A stretch of 23,898 nt of DNA from an uncultured delta proteobacterium (GTDB lineage Bacteria > Desulfobacterota > Syntrophobacteria > BM002). The stretch is from positions 1-23,898 of the forward strand of contig CAVQGX010000063.1 of assembly GCA_963712115.1 (NCBI GenBank). Reading direction: 5' to 3'. The number at the start of each line of letters is the position of its first letter. The stretch's first letter is position 1. Below are positions 18,360 to 23,898 of this stretch, one piece after another. The translations under genes were made by a program, and so were the position numbers. The notes beneath the pieces are model-generated. The model worked only from the letters and a program-made list of their open reading frames with translations, did no database searches and was not told where the DNA came from.

Positions 18360-19409
18360 TTAAAAGCGGATAGCCAAATTTAGTACTTGCCCATAAAGCT
18401 CCTTCGAAGTATTCTCGATAAATTCGAGTTCCTCATGCGCAAGAGTCTTGTATCTTTGGAGCGTACTATTGATAATACCGTTTTTTTCTGGTTCAAAACT
18501 GGTATTAGCTCTTATTGGATATTTATTAAAAGTGGGTTCCAACAAGATATCCTCAAATTCTATTTCTAAGAATCCAGCCAGATAACGCATCACTGATGCA
18601 GTTTTGCTGATCAAATCTTCAAATGTCAGGATACAAACACGATCTTCATATCTATCTTTGTTTCGTAACATTGCCTGGGCACTCTTTTTCCACAGGCCTA
18701 CTCCATCCCGAATACCCCGGCAAATTCTAGGCTTGTGTCTGATCGCGGAGGGATACCAGTTTTTCGGATCCCTAATAATGGAAATCAATCTGCCGTCGGG
18801 ATATATTGCGAAAAACGACTCCATATTATCCTTGGCCATTGACAGTCTTGCGGTGAAGGCTGTAATGAATCTCTTTTGGCCGCAAGTGTTTTGATTATTG
18901 AGCCAGGCGCCAAAATAAGAGGTCATGTAACCGTCGAATACATCTCTGGGTGTCAGCGAATCGATTGAACCCACGTAATCCAAAAATATTTCCCTTTGCA
19001 CAGAGGGCAGAAATAGAAAGAGAAAAGCGTCGTCTCGCTTTTTTTCCTTCTTGTAGCCCTTCTTAAAATGACTGAGGACACTGTACTCGAAGAGGGTTTC
19101 GAGCCACCCATTTGGATTGTCACTGAGATCTATTTTGGGCCATGTATACTTGGTTGGATAGCCAATCTTCAATTCATGGGGATGAGCATGGAGTTCCGGA
19201 TGGCCATCAAAGAGTTGGCTCAGTAAGGTGCCCCCGGAGCGCTGGACTTGAGAAATCAAGGCAAGGGGAGCAGTAACAGGTCGAGTATGTTCTACACAGG
19301 CCTGGTAGAGAGTAGGTAGATGGATCCTACTTTCTCTAAAGTCCTTATTTGTCTTCTTTATGTAAGAAATTCCCATAATGTTCCCAGCATAAGATTCGGC
19401 TGACCCCAC
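18360..19409 (-). CDS. Sulfotransferase-family protein, paralog B1 (start uncertain)
   Basis: QRSGGTLLSQLFDGHP (5'-PSB), IRDPKNWYPS (3'-PB), FEDLI. Confidence 0.85.
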   Translation of the reverse strand: MGSAESYAGNIMGISYIKKTNKDFRESRIHLPTLYQACVEHTRPVTAPLALISQVQRSGGTLLSQLFDGHPELHAHPHELKIGYPTKYTWPKIDLSDNPNGWLETLFEYSVLSHFKKGYKKEKKRDDAFLFLFLPSVQREIFLDYVGSIDSLTPRDVFDGYMTSYFGAWLNNQNTCGQKRFITAFTARLSMAKDNMESFFAIYPDGRLISIIRDPKNWYPSAIRHKPRICRGIRDGVGLWKKSAQAMLRNKDRYEDRVCILTFEDLISKTASVMRYLAGFLEIEFEDILLEPTFNKYPIRANTSFEPEKNGIINSTLQRYKTLAHEELEFIENTSKELYGQVLNLAIRF

Positions 19410-19423
19410 TCAATTTCGCGCCT

Positions 19424-19452
19424 AACCTAACTTCTCCCCTTCATTTTGTCAA
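19424..19452 (-). promoter_or_regulatory. sigma70-type promoter of the leftward three-gene operon
   Basis: On the minus strand: TTGACA (19452-19447), 17 bp, TAGGTT (19429-19424). Confidence 0.6.
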
Positions 19453-19470
19453 TGCAAACCCCTCAAGTAA

Positions 19471-20758
19471 GGTAACGTCAAGAGTTTTGTGTCAGCAGAA
19501 AAGGGGTAGCTATTCCCTGCTGTTTGTTCTCATAGGTGAACACTGCAAATAGTATTCTTTCCACGCTGGTTCTGTCTGAGAAGACGCCCATGGGGCGAGT
19601 TCTTCTTCTCACCTCTAGGAACCTACGTTCGATGGCATTTGTGGTTCTGGTGGCTCTTCTCCAGGCTTCATCTTGAAACTTGAAAAAGTTCATCAGGTCA
19701 TCCAGGTCGTCTCTTAGGCACTTTACGGCTTTGGGATAGATGTTTTGCCAATTGTCAGCGAAGAGTCGAGCAGCTTTGCGAGCTGCCCTTTTGTTGGTAG
19801 CGTACATGATTCGATGAAGGTCAAGTTTAATCGGTTGCTGATCTTTCTTTTTAGCCTTGTTCAGGATATTTCTGATTTTATGGGCCCAGCAGCGCTGCAG
19901 CATTATTTGTGGGTAGACCAGAGGCAGAGCGGCCAAAAGTCCGGCTCCACCGTCTGCCACGATCAGTTTTACACCCTCGCCGGTGAGGCCGCGACGGTAA
20001 AGATCGTTGACAAAAGACTCCCAGGCAATAGTGCTTTCTCCCGGCGCCAGGCGAAAGTCGATTATCTCTTTCTTGCCGTCCAGCCGAATGCCCAAGGCCA
20101 CCAGCACCGGACGACGAATAGCTCCAGCACCAGTTTTGCGAGCCATGACTACACCATCGAACACTAACACCTTGTAGTGATTGCCCAGAGGACGTCGATG
20201 AAAGGCTTCAACCACTTGATCAAGCTGTTTGCCCACGCGGCTAACCGTCGCGGCGCTGACCGGCTCTCCTAAAACAGGCAACAACGCTTTGGCCACCTTG
20301 CGGGTGGAAACTCCCAAGACAAAACAGGCCAGAATCATCCTATCGATGTGTTGAGCTCGTCTGGCATATGCTCGAACCACTTTGAGCCCACTGTAGTGAC
20401 GAGTGCGCGGCACCTGAAGCTCAATGTCTCCCAACTCGGTGAGCAAATGGCGACTGTAAGAGCCATTGCGCCGATCCGCCTCTGCACTAATGTCCAGCTC
20501 TTCAAGATAGGTGTCAATGTGGCCTCTCATCTGGCCTTCAAGAATCATCTTCAAAGCCGTTCTGCCATGAGATCGATAGTCCGAACTCCATTCGAATCCG
20601 TGAAGATTCATTTCCTTGATAACTTCGAAGGCTTGCGCTACATTGGTAATTGTCGCAGTTGCTTGCGGCATTGGGGTACCTCCTTTATTGGGGTTTCGGC
20701 AAAATTCCCCTATGAGGTACCCCTTTTCTTTCTCTGACACAAGAAATGATACATTACC
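19471..20758 (-). mobile_element. 1288-bp IS256-family element with a 9-bp target duplication
   Basis: IRs GGTAACGTCAAGAGTTTTGTGTCAG and GGTAATGTATCATTTCTTGTGTCAG. DR CTCAAGTAA at 19462-19470 and 20759-20767. Confidence 0.93.
19478..20671 (-). CDS. IS256-family (Mutator-like) DDE transposase
   Basis: RNGSY.R, VPRTR, GVSTRKV, VFDG, VADG, QRCWAH, TTNAIER. AAAGGAGG RBS favours ATG 20671. Confidence 0.95.
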   Translation of the reverse strand: MPQATATITNVAQAFEVIKEMNLHGFEWSSDYRSHGRTALKMILEGQMRGHIDTYLEELDISAEADRRNGSYSRHLLTELGDIELQVPRTRHYSGLKVVRAYARRAQHIDRMILACFVLGVSTRKVAKALLPVLGEPVSAATVSRVGKQLDQVVEAFHRRPLGNHYKVLVFDGVVMARKTGAGAIRRPVLVALGIRLDGKKEIIDFRLAPGESTIAWESFVNDLYRRGLTGEGVKLIVADGGAGLLAALPLVYPQIMLQRCWAHKIRNILNKAKKKDQQPIKLDLHRIMYATNKRAARKAARLFADNWQNIYPKAVKCLRDDLDDLMNFFKFQDEAWRRATRTTNAIERRFLEVRRRTRPMGVFSDRTSVERILFAVFTYENKQQGIATPFLLTQNS

Positions 20759-20774
20759 CTCAAGTAATGGCTGC
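20759..20774 (+). repeat. Left 16-bp target-site duplication of IS copy 2 (its first 9 bp are also the IS256 DR)
   Basis: CTCAAGTAATGGCTGC, repeated at 22181-22196. Confidence 0.93.
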
Positions 20775-22180
20775 TGTTATTGACAAGTGATTTGTCCGGT
20801 TCATTTTGACAAATGAAATGTCCGCTCCATAGTTTTCAGTCCTCCCCCTGTTACCATGACGAGGCTTTAGCAACGGGGATACGGTTGGATGCCTGGAGTT
20901 CAGTGCTGTGAGTTACTTGTTTTGGTACCGGTTTTCCTTTGGCATTGTAGCGACCCAGCAATCTAGTACCCCACCAGACAGTGTGTGTATTATCGAGGTG
21001 TTTTCGCACAATAACACGTAAGCCTGCACAGGAGGCTCTTCCTGGCTGTTTGTCTATTTGGAGTCGCACCTTGTTCATGACCACAGTATTGTCTTTAGCG
21101 ACAGTGCGACCTTCTTCGAGACAGAGAATTTGGTTGAGGTTAGCGTTGCCAGCAGTGACAAAAGCACTTTGTGGGAGAGCTGGCTCTCTTTTGAATTCTT
21201 GATTGTACTGAGGCAAAAAGCGCTGACGCAGATACCGATTTGCCCCTTTGATGGTGGAGATTCTAGCGATTCGCAACTCATTAACCAACCGATCCTGTAG
21301 GGTGCGATTGATGCGCTCACTTCGTCCTCGTGCTTGCGGCGAGTAGGAGGGAATATGCTCTACGCCGAGACGAGCCAAACAGCGTCCAACTTGGGTGAGG
21401 TTTTCCTTGTCCACCCGACCTCCTGCCTTGGGAGTATGGAAGGCCCAGCTGGCCCGATCGGTATACAGTGCCATGGGGATCCCGTAGGTTTCTGTGACCT
21501 CGCCCAGGGCTGTCATCACCGCCCAGGTGGACTCTTTTTTCCACAGCTGGGCATACAGAAGACCGTTGGTGGCGTCATCGACTACGGTAATCATCGTTTG
21601 GTATTGCTCTGCGTTTCGGGCCAACCACCTATGACGGCTGCCATCCAGATGGAGCATTTCTCCAAACAGGGCCCGGCGCTCTCGTCTTTTGCGGTGTCTG
21701 TCGCGTTTACGTCTTTTTTTGACTAGGCCTGCTTCCTGGAGTGCTTTTTTGACAAAGCTGTATGAAAGGCTTACTTCATGTTCTCTGCGTGCAATCCCAT
21801 GGAAATGGCGGACATTAAAGCCCTGATATCGCTCGCGGTAGAGGCGAAGTACCTTCTCAACCTCTGCCACCGGTGCCCGACGGGGCGAGGGTTTTCCTGC
21901 ACGACGGTCCAAAAGACCGTCATAGCCATAGAGCTCGTAGCGCCCTCTCCAACGCCTCAAACTACGTGGGCTTATCGCCAAAATGTCAGCTGCTTGTGTC
22001 CACTTCAACTGTCCGCTCATCGCTCTAAGGATCACTTCTTGAATCTTCATTGCCCGCTCCAGCGCGGATGGCCCGTACAGTTTCATAGGCAACCCTCCTC
22101 GGTTACCTTTGTACAGCCTTCCGCCGAAAAGCGGACATTTCATTTGTTAAAATATGCGGTCACATTATGTACCAACTACA
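20775..22180 (-). mobile_element. 1406-bp insertion sequence, IS1202-family/ISNCY, copy 2
   Basis: Same ends and length as copy 1. Three substitutions seen by eye (20932, 21865, 21900). Has its own 16-bp DR. Confidence 0.93.
20851..22086 (-). CDS. DDE transposase, ISNCY/IS1202-like (copy 2)
   Basis: Identical to the copy 1 protein except RRTGKP to RRAGKP. Confidence 0.92.
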   Translation of the reverse strand: MKLYGPSALERAMKIQEVILRAMSGQLKWTQAADILAISPRSLRRWRGRYELYGYDGLLDRRAGKPSPRRAPVAEVEKVLRLYRERYQGFNVRHFHGIARREHEVSLSYSFVKKALQEAGLVKKRRKRDRHRKRRERRALFGEMLHLDGSRHRWLARNAEQYQTMITVVDDATNGLLYAQLWKKESTWAVMTALGEVTETYGIPMALYTDRASWAFHTPKAGGRVDKENLTQVGRCLARLGVEHIPSYSPQARGRSERINRTLQDRLVNELRIARISTIKGANRYLRQRFLPQYNQEFKREPALPQSAFVTAGNANLNQILCLEEGRTVAKDNTVVMNKVRLQIDKQPGRASCAGLRVIVRKHLDNTHTVWWGTRLLGRYNAKGKPVPKQVTHSTELQASNRIPVAKASSW

Positions 22181-22196
22181 CTCAAGTAATGGCTGC
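22181..22196 (+). repeat. Right 16-bp target-site duplication of IS copy 2
   Basis: Identical to 20759-20774 and directly followed by TTGACA. Confidence 0.93.
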
Positions 22197-22226
22197 TTGA
22201 CAGAAAATCTTCCTTCAGGCTAGTAT
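22197..22226 (+). promoter_or_regulatory. sigma70-type promoter of paralog 3
   Basis: TTGACA (22197-22202), 18 bp, TAGTAT (22221-22226). Homologous to 6120-6149. Confidence 0.75.
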
Positions 22227-22360
22227 TCCAACTCGCTCATTGGAAAATTACCCGCAACAAAGTGAGATTATATTTTACCTTAAACCATCAACAATTACCT
22301 CCCACGAGGCGCGCACAGATCAGACTTGATCTGCACGCTAATGGGAAACCACGGGAGAGT

Positions 22361-23764
22361 ATGAACTCAGGCAAAGCTACATTGCTCATGCCAGTTGAGA
22401 ATCAGGTGCGAGAACTCGATTCCAAGCTCCTGCTTGCCTGTATAGCAGCAAGGCGAGGGTTTTCCTCGGTGATCGGACCCCGCCGCGAAATGCATATTCA
22501 GATAACCTCTTTTCCCAGGTCCATCTACCTTGCCAAAAGCATTCCAGTCCACCGCAACATTATATTCAAGATTATGCGCAAGCTTGGCCATGAAATCCTG
22601 GCGTGGGATGAAGAAGCACTAGTCCACCCTCAAGCCGAGACCTACTACAAGCGTCGCGTCTGTCCTCTGGGGATAAAATATGTGTCACATCTCTTTGCTT
22701 GGGGTGAAGATAACGCCCAGTTGTGGCAACAGTATCCAGAATTGCCCGCCGGGATACCTATCCATGTCACCGGTAATCCGCGTGGTGACTTGCTGCGACA
22801 TGAAATGCGCCATATTTACCAGGGGGATGTCAAACATCTCCGCAGTACCCACGGCGATTTCATTCTGGTAAATACTAATTTCAATCACGTAAATGCCTTT
22901 TCTCCAGACCTGAATCTCTTTAGCCCAGCTAAAAAACCCGGAGAGGAGCCCAAGTTCGGCCGAGCTGCCAAGGGCATGAGCCGTAATTACGCCGAAGGAT
23001 TACGTAATCATAAGAAAGCCATTTTCCGAGACTTCCAGCGAATCATCCCTGCTCTCGATAAAGCATTCCCGCAATACACCATTGTTGTCAGGCCTCATCC
23101 CACAGAAGACCAGGAAATTTATCGTAATATTGCATCACAGTGTGAGCGGGTGCGGGTAACTAACGAAGGCAACGTTGTCCCATGGATTTTGGCCTCACAG
23201 GCGGTCATACACAACGGCTGTACCACTGGGGTGGAGGCGTATGTTCTGGGGGTGGCTGCCATTTCCTATAGGCCAACAGTAAATGATTATTATGACTTGG
23301 GCTTTTATCGTCTACCAAATTTGCTTAGCTACCAGTGCTTCGATTTAGAGGAGTTGCGGGGTACGCTTGGAGATATTCTTGCAGGCAGGCTCGGACCTCC
23401 AGATGGCGATGAGCGCGAAGTGCTTATAAACCACTATTTGGTAGCACTGGACGGCCCTCTGGCCTGTGAGCGCATGGTCGACGTGCTCGAGGGAATCGTG
23501 CAGGGCAGCTACGAATTGTCAAGGCCCCCGGTGCGTGATCGTTTGGCAGGCCGGTCCATGTCAGCCATCCGCACCCTTATAAAGCGATGCAAGGAACACA
23601 TTCCTGGTTCACACAACCGTCCTGAGTTCCAGCGCCATCGTTACCCTGGAGTTTCGCTCGAAGAAATTCAGGCGCGACTGTTACGGTTTCAGCAGGTACT
23701 AGGCGACAACAGAGAATTGAAGGTGGAACAGAAATCCCAACACTTCTTCGTGATTAGTGGATGA
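22361..23764 (+). CDS. Surface carbohydrate biosynthesis protein (TIGR04396-like), paralog 3, 467 aa
   Basis: Colinear with the other two paralogs when started at ATG 22361 (GGGAG RBS). Same motifs. Confidence 0.85.
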   Translation: MNSGKATLLMPVENQVRELDSKLLLACIAARRGFSSVIGPRREMHIQITSFPRSIYLAKSIPVHRNIIFKIMRKLGHEILAWDEEALVHPQAETYYKRRVCPLGIKYVSHLFAWGEDNAQLWQQYPELPAGIPIHVTGNPRGDLLRHEMRHIYQGDVKHLRSTHGDFILVNTNFNHVNAFSPDLNLFSPAKKPGEEPKFGRAAKGMSRNYAEGLRNHKKAIFRDFQRIIPALDKAFPQYTIVVRPHPTEDQEIYRNIASQCERVRVTNEGNVVPWILASQAVIHNGCTTGVEAYVLGVAAISYRPTVNDYYDLGFYRLPNLLSYQCFDLEELRGTLGDILAGRLGPPDGDEREVLINHYLVALDGPLACERMVDVLEGIVQGSYELSRPPVRDRLAGRSMSAIRTLIKRCKEHIPGSHNRPEFQRHRYPGVSLEEIQARLLRFQQVLGDNRELKVEQKSQHFFVISG

Positions 23765-23898
23765 TGGAAGTTTGAAGCAACGATATCGCCAAGTTATCAC
23801 CCTTGTCTAAGCCCGCCAATCGCCTCTTGAAACTGGCCCTGGATTATCGAAACGAAAGGAACTGTAGACCAGTCCCTTTACTACCGGATGGGAAAGCA

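Noticed and set aside
13467-22180. Composite transposon that delivered the enclosed genes
   Set aside because: Each IS copy has its own matching DR and the outer flanks differ, so these are independent insertions.
1-23898. CRISPR array, tRNA or rRNA genes
   Set aside because: No regularly spaced repeats or recognisable RNA gene signatures were seen.

Overview
A bacterial surface-glycan modification locus built from paralogous modules; the host cannot be determined from the sequence. It contains a 5'-truncated single-chain transketolase, four SAM-dependent methyltransferase-fold genes (including TylF/MycF and MycE-like), three 467-aa 'surface carbohydrate biosynthesis' (TIGR04396-like) paralogs, two pairs of sulfotransferase-fold paralogs, a GT2 with a broken second copy, a GT-B-like transferase and three IS elements. 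Two signals are not explained by the gene list. (1) Two independent copies of a 1406-bp TGT...ACA IS (IS1202/ISNCY-like) each made a long target duplication (17 and 16 bp) that ends exactly at the TTGACA -35 box of an intact sigma70-type promoter, in the same orientation. An IS256-family element shares the left target boundary at the second site. This suggests promoter-targeted, non-disruptive transposition. (2) The AT-rich methyltransferase block at about 2.3-6.0 kb is punctuated by degenerate attC-like sites and includes an unannotated sulfotransferase-like pseudogene, suggesting a fossil integron cassette array inside the glycan locus. All family assignments come from motif recognition by eye, not database searches.
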